Shown piece after piece: positions 46,810 to 61,299 of a stretch of DNA of 64,000 bases. Source of the stretch: the human T2T-CHM13v2.0 reference genome, Homo sapiens. The notes under the pieces are model-generated. The model saw nothing but the letters and a program-made list of their open reading frames with translations. It did no database searches and was not told where the DNA came from. The stretch is from the NCBI RefSeq assembly GCF_009914755.1, contig NC_060932.1; one strand, written 5' to 3'. The position numbers were made by a program, and so were the translations under genes. How positions within the stretch are numbered: position 1 is the stretch's first letter; each line of letters begins with the position of its first letter.

Positions 46810-47020
46810 ACATGTCCCCAAATCTATGGCAGATGTAATACTTAATGATGAAGTGTTAGAAACTTTCCTTTAAAGTATGGAATGAAACTGGTATGCCCAT
46901 CATGCCACTATTTAACATCGGGCTAGTGATCCTAGCAAACATAGTAACATAAAAGTAATAAAAGGAATTAGAATTAGAAAGCAATATACAAAAAAGCCAT
47001 GTTGCTGGACATTAATGTGT
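46810..47020 (+). mobile_element. L1M ORF2 fragment
   Basis: atacttaatgatgaa..ttagaaactttccttt..; ctatttaacat...atcctagcaaac. Confidence 0.6.
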
Positions 47021-48097
47021 AGTAGACATTTTTTGAAATAGCTTTAATAAGACAATTTACATGTCATACAATTCACTGTTAAAATGTACAATTCCATTAA
47101 TTTTAGTATATCCACAGTTGTGCAACTATCATAATTTAATTTTAGAACATTTTCTTTTGTCCAAAAAGAAACCTTACACCATTAATAGACACCATCATCT
47201 GATATACCCTTAGCCTTAGGCAACCATTCACATATTTTTGTTTTTAAAATTTACCTATTATGGGCATTTCATGTAAATGGAATTGTACAATATGTTGTCT
47301 ATTGTAGTCACAATAGAAGAAGTCACAATCACTTCTTCCACTAAGGGTAATGTTTTTGAGCTTCATCTATTTAATAGTGTATATCAATACTTCATAACTT
47401 TTTATTGGAAAATAGTATTTTATTACATAGATAAGCCATATTTTTCAGCCTATTCATTAGTTGATGGACATCTGAATTGTTTCAACATGTTGGCCATTAT
47501 GAATAATGTTGCTATGAACATTCGTGTACAAGTATTTTTATAGATGCATGCATTTATTTCTTTTGGCTAGCAGTGCAACTACTGGGTCATAAGGTTACTC
47601 TGTTTGGTAATTCTGTGATTACTTTAATGCAAATGGTTTAACCATTTGAGGAACTGCCAGACTGTTTACCAAAGTGGCTGAAATGTTTTACATACCCACC
47701 ATCAATATATGAGGTTTCCAATTTCTATACATTCTCACCAGCACTTGTAATTATCTGTCTTTTTAATCGCAGTTTATCTAGTAGATGTGAAGTGGAGCCT
47801 TGTTTTGGTTTTGATTTGTATTTCTCTGATGACTAATAATGGTGGCACATCTTTTCACGTACCTATTGGCCATTTTGTATATGGTCAATTGTACCTGGTA
47901 AATGGATAATTTTTATTTATTATAAATGGGTTTTTAAATGTTATTGAGTTGTGAGTTCTTTATGTATTCTGGATACAAGTCCTTTATCTGATGTATGATT
48001 TGCAAATATTTTCTCTCATCCTGTGTGTTGGTGTCGTATTTTCACTCTCTTGATGGTGTTCCTTAAATGTAAAAAAATTTAAAAATGTTGAAAGTCC

Positions 48098-48447
<350 letters not shown>

Positions 48448-49243
48448 TGAAAACCTATTGCCTAATTCAAAGTCATGAATATTTACTTCAATGTTTTCTT
48501 CTAAGAATTTTAAATGTTTTAGCTCTCACAGTTAGTTCTATGATTCATTTTGAGTTAATTTTTGTATATGGTGTGAGGGAGGTGTCCAAAGTCATTATTT
48601 TGCATATGGATATCCAGTTGTCCCAGGACCATTTATTTAAAAAACATCAAATTGTTCTGGCATCATTTTCAAAAATCAGTTGACCATAAATGTGTGGCTT
48701 TATTTCTGGACTTACAATTTTTTCATTGATCTAAATGTCTACCTTATGGCAATACCACAGTATCTTGATAACTGAAGTTTTGTTGAAAATTGTGAAATTT
48801 GGATGTGCGAGTCCTCTAACTTTTCCTTTTTGATTTGGCTATTCTGCATCCTTGAATTTCCATATAAATTTTAGGATCAACTTGTTAATTCCTGTAAAAA
48901 CTGCCAGTTGGCATTTTGATACGGATTATATTAAACTTAAAGATCAATGTGGGGAGCACTGTCATTTAATAATATTAAGTTTTCTTTGTGATCATTAGAC
49001 ATGGATATCTTTTAATTTATTTATATTGTCTTTTATTTCTTCTATGTCTTATAGCTTTCAGAGTATCAGTTTGCATTTTTTTATTAAATTTATTCCTAAG
49101 TATTTTATTTTTTGATGCTGTTGTTAATAGAAATGTTTTCTTAATTTCACTCTTGAATTCTCTATTGCTTGTGTATATAAATACAATTGATTTTTAATTT
49201 GATCTTCTGTCCTGTAAACCCAATTAATTCATTTTTTCCTCTT

Positions 49244-49858
<615 letters not shown>

Positions 49859-50134
49859 TCATTTATTATTTCTAATAATTTGTATTGGATTCCTCAAGAT
49901 TTCTATATCTAAGAACATAGTGACTTTTTTGCTTTTTTCCTTTCCAATCTGGGTATTTTAAATTTCTCTTTTTTACTCAATTATTCTAGTTAGAATCTCT
50001 GGTACAATGTGGAAGCTCCGCTGTTCTGTTCTGTAGTGAGAGCAGATTTTTTTTTTCTTATTTATTTATTTTTTTGCTTCCAATCACAGGGAGAAGGCAT
50101 TCAGTCTTTCACTATTAAATGTGATGTTAATTAT

Positions 50135-50436
50135 AGCAGGTTGCAGTGGTTCTTGCCTATAATCCTAGCTACTTGGGAGGCTCAACCATGAGGATTGCTT
50201 GTGGCCAGGAGTTTGAGACCAGCCGGCAACATAGTGAGGTCCCATCTCTAAAAAATAAAAAATAAATATAATAAGTTGGATGTGCTGATGTACAGTTGTA
50301 GTCTCAGCTATTCAGAGAGGCTGAGGCAGGAGGATCCCTTGATCGCAAGAGTTCTAGGCTGCACTGAGCTTTGATTGCACTACTGCACTCCAGCTTGGGC
50401 AACAGAGAGAGACCCTGTCTCTTAAGGGAAAAAAAA
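50135..50436 (+). mobile_element. AluJ
   Basis: gaggattgcttg..gccaggagtttgagaccagc; ggctgcactgagc; gaccctgtctc. Confidence 0.9.
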
Positions 50437-50764
50437 GGATGCTATTTGGGTGTGGTTGTTTAAATTATTTTGGGTACATTTCAGGTTGAGAAAGTTTTTG
50501 TGTTAAAGTTTGTGAAATGCTTTTTCTGTTTCTATTCAAGAAAGAATAGCAATATTTTAATGAATTATTTAAAAAAAATAGAAGAGGGGGGATCACTTCA
50601 TTGCCTGAAGTCAGAATTATCCTGATACAAAAAACAGATATCTCAGGAAAAGAAAATTACACATCAATATTTCTCTTAAACAAATATATAAATGTCCTCA
50701 AAAAATTGTTAGCAAACTGAATCCAGCTTTCAGAAACTGGATATGAAAAGAATTATACACCATT

Positions 50765-51540
50765 ATTTGTTTTTTGCTTGTTGAATTTATAGGTTCTGGA
50801 TATTCGACCTTTGTCAGATGTGGTTTGCAAATATTTTTATTTTATAGGTTCTGGATATTCAACCTTTGTCAGATGCAGTTTGCAAATATTTTCTCCCATT
50901 CTGTATGTTGTCTATTTACTCTGTTGATAATTTCTTTTGCTGTTCAGGAGCTCCTTAGTTTAATTAGGTCCCATTTGTCAATTTTTGTTGCAGTTCCCTT
51001 TGAAGAGTTAGTCATAAATTCTTTGCCAATGTCAATGTCCAGAGTGGTGTCTCCTAGGTTATCTCCTACAATTCTTTTAGGTTGAGGTCTTACATTTAAA
51101 TCTTTAATCCATCTTGAGTTAACTTCTGTGTATGGTGAAAGGTAGGGGTCCAAGTTTCATTCTTTCGCATGTGGCTAGCAATCTATCTCTGCATCATTTA
51201 CTTAGTAGAGGATTTTTCTCTCTTGTTTATTTTTGTTGACTTTGTCAGAGGTAAGATTGCTGCAGGTGTGCTGCTTTATTTCTAGATTCTCTATTCTTTT
51301 CCGTTGGCCTATATGTCTATTTTTGTATCAGTACCATACTGTTTTGGTTACTATAGCCTTATAGTATAGTTTGAAGTTACGTAATGTGAAGCCTGCAGCT
51401 TTGTGCTTAAGATTGTTTTGTCTATTTGGCTCCTTTTTGGTTTCATACTAATTTTAGAACACTTATTTTTTAGTTCTGTGAATAATGATGTTGGTAGCTT
51501 GATAGGAGTAGTGTTGACTCTGGATTGCTTTGGTCAGTGT
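50765..51540 (-). mobile_element. L1PA15/16-like ORF2 fragment
   Basis: Peptide [22 protein letters not shown]...[10 protein letters not shown]. Confidence 0.85.
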
Positions 51541-52239
51541 TGTAAAGTCATAAAGTTGTCCCCTGTTGTGTTACTGATTTTAGTGATTTCAGCTGTCTTT
51601 TTTTCTTGATCAGTTTACTTCAAGTTTTGTCATTTTTGTTGATCTTTTTAAAGAGCCAGCTTTTGGTTTCATTGATATTCTTTATTATTTTTACATAATA
51701 AAGTCGGGGTGAGGGTGATCTGCACCGTAGTAGTCACAGCCTGCTGATCCATGTGTAGAACTTCTGCTCCACAAGATGGGGCTGGGTGGAGGAGGAGTGC
51801 CCTAGAGCTCTGAGCCATTCTTGCCTGGAATAGAACCTCTGCAATATGGAGCCAGGAGAGAGATGAGAAATGCTGGCGTCTTACCCCTCCCGGGGAGGGA
51901 CTATAGCCCTTGACTGGGAGCAAAGGGGATAGGGAAAACTTTGTTGGACTGCACTCACCTGTACTGAAGGCTGAGAGTGGGAGGAAAGGAGTGGATTGAG
52001 ACTCAAATGACATAGACTCTTGCTTTCCTTACCAAGAAAGAGCAGATTTTCTTGAATAAATGTTTCTTCATTTGTTATATGCCCTTAGAATTATTTCCAG
52101 ATATTTTACGTGATGTTTTTATTTTTAAAAGTAATTTTCACCAGTTACAGCTGTTTCACTTGGCTCCATAGAGCTCCTTATGCTGCCATTCTAGAAATCT
52201 AGGACCTTCTTTTATTAAATATTTTTAATAGTTTACATT

Positions 52240-52515
52240 ATGCGCCTCAGGTATCTCTGATTTTAGCCACAATTATAGTGGATGTTCACTGTGAGCTCAA
52301 GCTCATGCAGACTGCATTACATATCCAAGTGCATCTGTGCTTCTAAAAGGCAGTTTAGAAGTGCAGGGACGCAGGGGAATTAGGTCATGGAAGTAATGTC
52401 CTGACAACTCTCAACTAGTGGACAGCAGGTACCAGTGGATGAATGTCCTGGCTTTCCACCTTTTCAGTGTATTAATTTGAGAGACATATTGGTCATTTCC
52501 CAGAGGTTCTCATTC
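52240..52515 (+). mobile_element. LTR16-like ERVL LTR fragment
   Basis: agaagtgcaggga.., caactctcaac..gtggacagcag..ccagtggatgaatg, cccagaggttctca. Confidence 0.5.
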
Positions 52516-52519
52516 TCTT

Positions 52520-53450
52520 CAACCTACAAAAGGGCAAATAATAGAAAAATAATTTGTAAAAAGGGCAATAAAATGTCTAAATATCCAAAAGGCAACTAAA
52601 TCTCACAAATAGTCTGGTATATGCAAATAATACCAAACATATTAAAATAATTACACTGGCAGAAGTTCAAAAAGCCTGATAATACCAAGTATATGCAAAG
52701 ATGAGGAACAATAGAAATGCTTATGTACTACTGGTGGGTGCGTGATTGTTATAAGATGCTTTGGGGAGCAAGTTTACAGTGTCTAATAAAAGTGAAGGTG
52801 TCCATAACATATGATCCAGCAATTCCACTCTTGGATACACCAGCAGATGAAAAAATGATAGCAAAAGTGTTACCGTGTGCCGCACACTTTTAAAATGCCT
52901 TTTATGTTAATAACTTTCTCATAATAATAACTTTGAGGTAGGTACTATAATTACCCAAATTTTACATATAAGGAAATTGATGCAGACAAATGTGGAGTAA
53001 CATGCGTAAGATCACAAAGCTATTATTTACCAGGACCATGTTTAAATCCAAGGAGTCTGACCTTAGAGTTCATGCTCCCAACTATTTACTGTATTGTATA
53101 AAATTATTTATAACAGCATTGTTTGTAATAATGAATCATATATATTAGTGTTGATAAAGTTATGCATATTGATGTGGAAATATATTCCCTCTAGGTACAT
53201 ATAAATACACATGCATCTAAAAAAATTCGTCGCGTATATGTTAACATAGGCGATGAGGGGAACAAAACAACTTACTGGAAAATATGTTTAATATAATCTT
53301 ATTTTGATTAAAACAAAATAAAACCATTATCTTAAATTGCAAAGGAAAAGTTCTGAAAGGATATTAAAATAAGTTTAACAAAAGCTTTTTTGACAATGTC
53401 ATTTTATTATAGGTCATAGTCACTATTCATATTTATCTATTTTATGTGTT
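52520..53450 (+). mobile_element. L1ME 3' region with a nested minus-strand MIR at about 52855-53090
   Basis: tgataataccaagt..gcaaagatgaggaacaatag; atatgatccagcaattccactctt; MIR aattttacatataaggaaattga. Confidence 0.7.
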
Positions 53451-55026
53451 TTTTTAAAGAGCAAGTGGTATTCTTTATGATGAGAAATACAAACATGTAT
53501 CATAGATGATTTTCATGAAAAGTGATTGAAATAAGAAAAATAACACTTAACATGGTTGAAGAAATATAGAATCCTTGTTACCACATTAAGAATTTTAACA
53601 TTTCTAAATGTCCTCATGACAATGGCTAGTGAAGATGACTCGGGATAAACATGTTTAAACTATGGAAAAGAGCATTTGAGGTAGATGATAATAGATAATA
53701 ATGTGAATTAATAGTAAATTCAGGCTATATAATGACAGTATTCACATACATCTTTCTGTTTTCTATAAGATTAAATACTTCTTAGAATTATCAGTAGGAA
53801 ATTTGTGTGAATTCAAGCACCAAGAGGAAGGTATGGCCGTTGGGTCCGGGTAAAATCAGCTGACAGTGAGGCTTTTAGGGACAAAATGAAGGTATGATAC
53901 AAGTGAAAACTTAGAACCAGGTGATGCTGCAGAAGAGATTCTTGTACTGGAAGAAGACACTGCAAATTCGAAATGTCATGATTCTATACTTAAATCTAGC
54001 AGTTTTCATTAAATAACTAACAAAAAAATAGAAAATATTGCCTTTGGTTGAATCGTTTAAGTCAATTGTATTTGACATATATTTATTATTTGTATATTAC
54101 CTGCTGGAGACACTTCTAGGTACTATGGTAATACAAAGGTTGACAGGACATGATACATACCCCTTAGTAACTATAATAACATACTATCTTCATGCAGTCT
54201 CATGTATGTCTATTTTATTTTCATTAATCAACTATCCATCACTAGCTATTTAGTAAGCATATACTCTGGCACAGAAAATTATTATTAATTTGAAGTAAAA
54301 TTTTGATTTAGCAACTTAGTCTTTCATGTTCAATATTGAGAATAGAAGTTTTGCTTATTGAAATCACATTTTATGAAAACAGCAAAATGCTAAATGTGTT
54401 CTTCAAAATTTATTCTCCTCATTTGCAAGTGTTGTGATGTGCATTATAAATGATGACTTTGCTTTAGCCTTACCCCTCCTCATGCAGTGAAGAATCTTCA
54501 GGGACAAGAGGATGCACCCATATGGAAACTGTGCTCCTTCTAGGATTCCAAAATTCTCTGAGGCCCACTTCTAAGTTCCTTTTGGGAACTCATTCCCAAG
54601 TCTGTCTTTGGTGACTGGTCAAGTACCCAGTGGTGCAGCTCTCTGCCCTAGTTGGCCAAGAGTGGCTATTTGGGGAATGTTGATGGAACTTGACAGGTAG
54701 ACTGTGGTCTCCACAACACATGTGTATGAGGTCTGCAAAGGAGATGATGGGTTCAGAGTCAGGGAGAGGTGATTGGGGGTGTGCATTGGTACTTCTCCCT
54801 GGACTCTTCAAATAGTAGGTGAGGCTTTGTCTTTATATTCTTTCTCTTATCCTTTATTTATTCTTGTAATAGGCAATGTTTCTTCACATCATAGAGCCTG
54901 TTCACATGCTGTTCTCTTTGGCTGCTTTTTATCATCAATTTCTTAATTCCCCTTTCACCAATCTTTTGGGTGAATTCTCATCTTTCGTTTCCTAACTTAA
55001 TGCTGCCTCCTCAGAGAGGCTTTCCT

Positions 55027-56365
55027 TTTTTAAAATTTTTTAACTAAAAAATTTTTTGGCTGGGCACGGTGGCTCACGCTTGTAATCCCAGCATTTAGGG
55101 AGGCCAAGGTGGGCAGATCACGAGGTCAGAAGTTAGAGACCATCCTGGCCAATCTGGTGAAACCCCCTCTCTACTAAAAATACACAAATTAGTTGGACGT
55201 GGTGGTGGGTGCCTGTAATCCCAGCTACTCAGTAGGCTGAGGCAGGAGAATCACTTGAACCTGGTGGGTGGAGGTTGCAGTGAGCTGAGATTGCACCATT
55301 TCACTCCAGCTTGGGTGACAGAGCAAGACTCCATCCCCCCGCCAAAAAAATTTGTGGGTACATAGTAGATATATATATTTATAAGTTACCCAAGTTGTTT
55401 TGAGGCAGGTATGCAATGTGGAATAAGCACATTATAGAGAATGAGTTATCCATCCCCTCAAGCATTTATCCTTTGTGTTGCAAACAATCCGATTATACTC
55501 TGTTATCTTAGAATACACAATTAATTTATTATCGACTATAGTTGCCCTATTGTGCTATCAAATAGTAGGTCTTATTCATTCTATTTTTTTTTGTGATTGA
55601 CCATTAACCATCCCCACATTGCCCCTAAAATTTCACTACCCTTCCCAGCCTCTGGAACCATCCTTCTACTCTCTATGTCCATGAGTTCAATTGATTTGAT
55701 TTTTAGATCCCACAAGTAAGTGAGAACATGTGATGCTTGTCTTTCTGTGCCTGGCTTATTTCGCTTAACATAATGATTACCAATTCCATCTATGTTGCTG
55801 CAGATGACTGGATCTCATTTTTCTCATGGCTGAATAGTACTCCATTGTGCATATGTACTATGTTTTCTTTATCCATTCATCTGTTGATGGACACTTGGAT
55901 TGCTTCCAAATCTTAGCTGTCATAAACAGTGCTGCAACATACACAGGAGTGTAGATATCTCTTCAATATACTAATTTTCTTTCTTTTGGGTATATACCCA
56001 GCACTGGGATTGCTGTATCGTATGGTAACTCAATTTTTTGTTTTTTGGAGGAACCTCTAAACTCTTCTCTATAGTGGTTGTACTAATTTACATTTCCACC
56101 AACAGCGTAAAGGGTTCCCTTTTCTCCACATCCTCACCAGCATTTGTTATTGCCTGTCATTTGGATAAAAGCCATTTTAACTGGGGTGAGATGATGTCTC
56201 CTGGTAGTTTTGATTTTCATTTCTCTGATGATCAATGATGTTGAACACCTTTTCATATGCCTGTTTGCCATTTGTATGTTCTCTTTAGAAAAATGTCTAT
56301 TCAAATCATTTGCCCATCTTTTGATTGGATTATTAGCTTTTTTCCTACAGAGTTGTTTAAGCAAG
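55027..56365 (-). mobile_element. L1MA1-3-type 3' end, 5'-truncated
   Basis: catcccctcaagcatttatcctttgtgtt; peptide [28 protein letters not shown]; TSD gaggcttt(c/t)ctt. Confidence 0.9.
55058..55345 (+). mobile_element. AluS (Sc/Sg-like) inserted near the L1 tail
   Basis: ggctgggcacggtggctcacg...agatcacgaggtca...gagcaagactccatc. Confidence 0.93.
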
Positions 56366-56826
56366 GAGGCTTTTCTTGAGGCACATTCTATGTTAGTTTC
56401 TTCTGTACAGGCCTTAAGAAAACCCCAGTGTATATTCCTTTATTGCACATTCTCCTAGCACTTAACTTTATATAGTTATTTGTCTAACACATGTACCAAA
56501 CAGTATACTTAAGTTTCATGGCAGTCGGGATGATGCCTGTTTTATTTCTAGTTCCTTCTCTATCATCTGGTACAGTGGCTGGCACATAATAAACATTTAA
56601 TAGATAAATAAATGGACAAATAAATAGACATGTGAATATGTGGAAGTCTCTCCATGAAATCAGAATTTTTCTCAATTTGTTTTTTCTAAGCTTTGGAGGC
56701 TCAAGCACTGGAGGTGTTATTTTTAATTTGTCTGCAATGCAAGGTGTCACACAAATTAAAAATAGCCTCCCACAATGTTCAAAATTTGGGGAGCAAGCAA
56801 TTTTACTGTTTTTGAAGATGCAATTC

Positions 56827-57185
56827 TGTAGTTGGCTGAACAATGCCCTCCACCCAAAGTTGTCCACACCCTAATACCCGAAAACTGTCAATATGTTACC
56901 TTCCATAGCAAAAGAGATTTTGCACACATGATTAAGGTTATGGACCTTGAGATAGGGAAAATTATCCTGGATTATCCAGGGAGGATCAAATCTTATCACA
57001 TGAGTCAGAGAATCAGAGAAACTTTCTGACTTGTAAGAGAGAGTTGGAAGCCCTGTGGACACCGTGATATTAGCCCTGTGAAATCCATGTCAGTCTTCTA
57101 CCTACAGAACTGTAAGATTATAAGTTTATATTGTTTTAAACCACTAAATTTATGGTTACTGCAACATACTGCAATGGGAACTTCA
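56827..57185 (+). mobile_element. MLT1C/D LTR with an internal deletion
   Basis: tgtagttggctgaacaatg..., gaccttgagatagggaaaattatcctggattatc, cctacagaactgtaaga. Confidence 0.85.
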
Positions 57186-57667
57186 AAGTTGAAGTCTTTT
57201 CTTTTAATCTGGGGAGAATGCTCTTTACTGTCCTTACATTTGGGAACATTCATTCCATGTTTTCTTTCATGTCCTGAATCTCAAGCTTACTTATTCATAT
57301 ATGCTTTCCAGTCCCATACTACTAATAAAAGACTTATCAGAAATTTTTACCACATTCCTGAAGAAATCTCCTTACAACACCCTGAAATTTTTTTAAAAAG
57401 ATTTAATGTCTGATGCAGTATACAATATATTTTCTGGTTATCACCAAGTTTTGCTTTTAGTTTAACATATATTATAGACATATGAACAATTTAAGTTTAC
57501 ATCTTTTAACAAAAAAGTCAATATTTCTAGAGCAAGATCTCAAATGATAATGATAATTTTGGTACACATCAACATGGCGGGCTTATAACTACAAGTTCAG
57601 TATTATGTCTTCCATTGAAAGTCAGCATTTGCTAAGTAGTTTATTCATTTAAGAAAGAGGATAAGGA

Positions 57668-57910
57668 ATATGTGTGTGTATATTATGTGTATATGTGTGT
57701 GTGTATATATATAACTATATATAATATATAATACATATATAATGTATACATATATATGTATATATAATGTATACATACAAAATACACACATACATAATAA
57801 TACAACATAATATATGTTGTGTACATATAGTATACATAATATGCACACACATATTCACACTTATACACATATATATACATTATATATATAATTTTATATG
57901 TATATGTGAT
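57668..57910. repeat. (TA/CA/TG)n low-complexity tract
   Basis: Read directly from the sequence. Confidence 0.9.
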
Positions 57911-59895
57911 TTTCCTTTCATGAAACACTTGGGTTTATGGAATTCAGGTTAAACTAAATTATAATGTAATATGTAGTAGTGGTTTTATTATATTGTGGCT
58001 CAGGTTTTATTTTCCTTTATAAAAGCAGACAACTTTAAAAGACATTCTCAGAATGCAAATTTTAACAGTTGTAAGAAAAGTAGTAAATAAAATGGGTATT
58101 CATTATGCTATTTTTTCCTACATTTGTATATGTTTGAAAATTTCCATAAAAAAAAAAGAAACCAGGCTCTGGTTAACATGGTCAAACTGTCAGAGGCATG
58201 GAAATTCCGGGGGCTTAAAATTTTGAAATTATCAGAAGGATGTTAACTTTTGATTTTGTCATATCATGTTCTCTGACATCTTTTTTTTTATGAGTGTGTG
58301 CTTTATATGTCATTCAGCCAAAGGCACAATATCAAGAGATCTTCTGCAAAAACAGTAGAAGTCTGGGCATTCAAATTAGCTGATGCAGAAGAGACATGGA
58401 AAGCAATAAGACAAGGGAGAGCTAGAGTGAATATCAATTTGTTATATAAAATATATGCAACTCTGGATATGTGCAAATGTGGATAGGTATGGCTATTCAA
58501 ATTCTGTTCTCTATTTTCAGTAACTTTCTCCTTGGTGTTTCTTTAAAGAAAAAAGTGATAGTAACCTTGGAAAAAATAGATGAGTTTTATTTTTGCATTT
58601 TAAATGACTTTAGTATTCAATAAGATTATAAATTTAAGGATAGCAACATTAAACTCCTACAAATTTAAGGGAAATTAATGGAATAATAAAAGAGTATATT
58701 GCAATTTAATGGTATCACCATTCGTCCTTTTCTTCAACCAAACATACCTGGGGTAGCAGATTGCTGTGCGACTATGATTTTTATATTTGCCAACAAGTCA
58801 ATGGAGAGAAACAGTTCATACTGGTCTTGTGTTTCGATTCTTCTTTAACATGGTGCTACAGCTCAATGCTACAGCAAGCAGGATTTCTCTTCTCATCCTT
58901 TCATCTGTCAATATCTATTCCTTTAAAATTAAATCCCAATGACAATCCTATTTTGGGTAGAATAAGAGACATGCAGTTTAGTCTTACAATTTAGTTTCCT
59001 GCCAAATGAAAAAAATAATGCCATTAATGTGCCTGTGTTTCAATGACATACCCTAAAAAAATTTCAGACTTGTGTATCCAACATTAATGAGAAAAGCTGA
59101 TTTTCTCTTTTCCTAGCCCTGATGTTCAATACCACTTTCGGTGTACGTTTGTTGTGGAAGAAGTCTTGGCCTCTACTTTTATGCCATGAAATATTGTTTA
59201 AAAATCCAATGACATTTAATAGAATTGGTATAATTTATTCTCTTAAGAGGTCATACCACAACATAGTAGATCTCAGGGTTGAGTTTTTCTTTGTCTATGG
59301 AACAGAAGTGATCCTATGATTTGGCTTGTTTCCCCAGAATCCTGGAATTATAGCTATGTGGTTTATTTCCGAATGAGTGTAAGACAAGATGTGGCCTTTC
59401 CCTGACATTTAAAAATTTTAGGCCAAGCTCTCTAATAATTTAGTCTTGAAATGCAACTAGACATAAGCATGTTTATCATGTTTCACACTAAAACCAGATC
59501 ATTAAAAATCTCTATGGAAGATTTTGTTGAAAAGTTCAATATTTCATAATATCAACAATATTTTACTTTTTAAGGAAGTGGCTAGCTAGGAATGTGCATC
59601 CTAGGTATTTTCCTTTTATAAACCCTGATTTTCTCAAAAAAGATGACTTTCCATGTCCAACTTACATGAATACATTTTCTGTCTGTTCAAAACAGCATCT
59701 CATTTTTTACTATTGAAAATTATTTCTCATTGGTTCTTAGTTTGGATAACTAGTGATTATATCATTGATCATGCCATATTTTTGTTTTCCTTTAGTAAGT
59801 AAACCATTACTTCTAATATATTTGCTTTATTTTAAAAAATCCCAGTCCCCTTTTTAATTTCAAAACCTTTTTTTGTTTCTTGGTTGTTTTCCCAG

Positions 59896-59964
59896 GAGCA
59901 TGATTTTCATTCACCTTAGGTAGGACCAGGGTCTCCCCTTCCCTCATGAGGCTACAGAACTCAG
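59896..59964 (+). other. Candidate non-coding exon (69 nt)
   Basis: Long U-rich tract ttttttgtttcttggttgttttcccag|G and donor CAG|GTAAAA (alternative TAG|GTAGGA); stops in all frames. Confidence 0.25.
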
Positions 59965-60068
59965 GTAAAAGTATCATACTTTGGAAAAAGCATGAGAATT
60001 TGGTGGCCAAACAGATCCATCTTTGAATCCCAGTTTCACCTGAAAATGTTAAGAATAAATTCAGTAAT

Positions 60069-60148
60069 ACAGGTTGGTGCAAAAGTAATTGCGGTTTCTG
60101 CAATTACTTTTAATGGCACAAATCGCAATGACTTTTGCACCAATCATA
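60069..60148. mobile_element. MADE1 (Hsmar1-derived 80-bp palindromic MITE)
   Basis: aggttggtgcaaaagtaattgcgg...cgcaatgacttttgcaccaa inverted repeats, TA at the right flank. Confidence 0.93.
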
Positions 60149-61299
60149 TAGGCAAAGATTCTGGCACACTTTTGTACAACGAATGTTATTTCCTTTCTCT
60201 TTATTTCTGAACACCATTTCTTCTGTAACATATGGATTATTATTCAAATTTTTGGTTTGAACTAGCAAGCAAAGTATTTGACAGAGTGTCATTAATATAG
60301 CATCATTCAACAACTATTAGTCATTATTAAAATTATGACCTTAACTTTTCCACCCAAGTTTTTCTTACTCCATTTCGCATGAAGTTTTTTATGCTTTCAG
60401 TAGAAACTATATTTATTGTTCTCTTCCAAGTATAATACTGGGAGTATTCTTGTCTAGGAAGTAGCTTTTCTTGATGTCCCTTTCAGTAGGCTGAGTTCCT
60501 GAAAGTAAAAAGTAAAAGGCAGGTAAAGTGGAAGAAACAATACCGAATTAAATAGCAAGGAAAAATTGGAAGGGCAAAAAATGAAGCTACATTTGTCTTA
60601 TTTGAATAGTATTTAAGAAAGACAGTTTTTGAAGAGCAATGTACATGCTCTAATGAATTGTTATGATATTGATATTTTTAGATTCATTATTTCACCTTTT
60701 GAGTAATCTATTATATTAATAGTGCATATTTGTATTTGACCAATTTAATCATATTTGTAAGTAACATGATACAATAAATCTACTGTGTGATTACCATCAA
60801 AATATGTTTTTATTTTATGAATGATATGAAATGTTTTGAAATTGGAACTTCAGATTTTATGGGGAGAAAAAAATTGTGGTGATGTTTTAGTAGAGATAGG
60901 TAGATTTGTTGTTCAAAATACATTTTGGAGAAAATGGAATAAACCATGACCACTTGTGCTTTCATTAAACTATATGAAGTTAACAGGTTAGGACTTTCTT
61001 CAAAAATAAATCTTGTTTGATATCATCATTCTTGAACACCTGCTTTAAGTAATATTATAATCATTACTTATATCTTTTTATATCAGTGCTGGCTGTTACC
61101 TTTTCTAATTGTTCTTTTCTATAAGATCTGTTGTCACAGAATTACTTTTAGCATTTGATTCCAGCCTATTATAAAATCCTCTCCTTACCAGCAATGTAGT
61201 ATTAATAATGGAAAACCAATATATGAAGTGTGTTATTGAGTCTTCTACATTTTTCAGTATTCAGTCAATTTTCCATATAAGAATGCTAAAAGAGTCCTC

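Larger units (their letters stand above)
54890..56630 (+). mobile_element. L2 3' region split by an L1MA insertion
   Basis: gcctcctcagagaggc...; cagtggctggcacataataaacatttaata; gaggcttt(c/t)ctt duplicated around the L1. Confidence 0.7.

Noticed and set aside
58298-58486. ORF behind an acceptor-like gtcattcag (QRHNIKRSSAKTVEVWAFKLADAEETWKAIRQGRAR)
   Set aside because: No recognisable homology and weak splice sites
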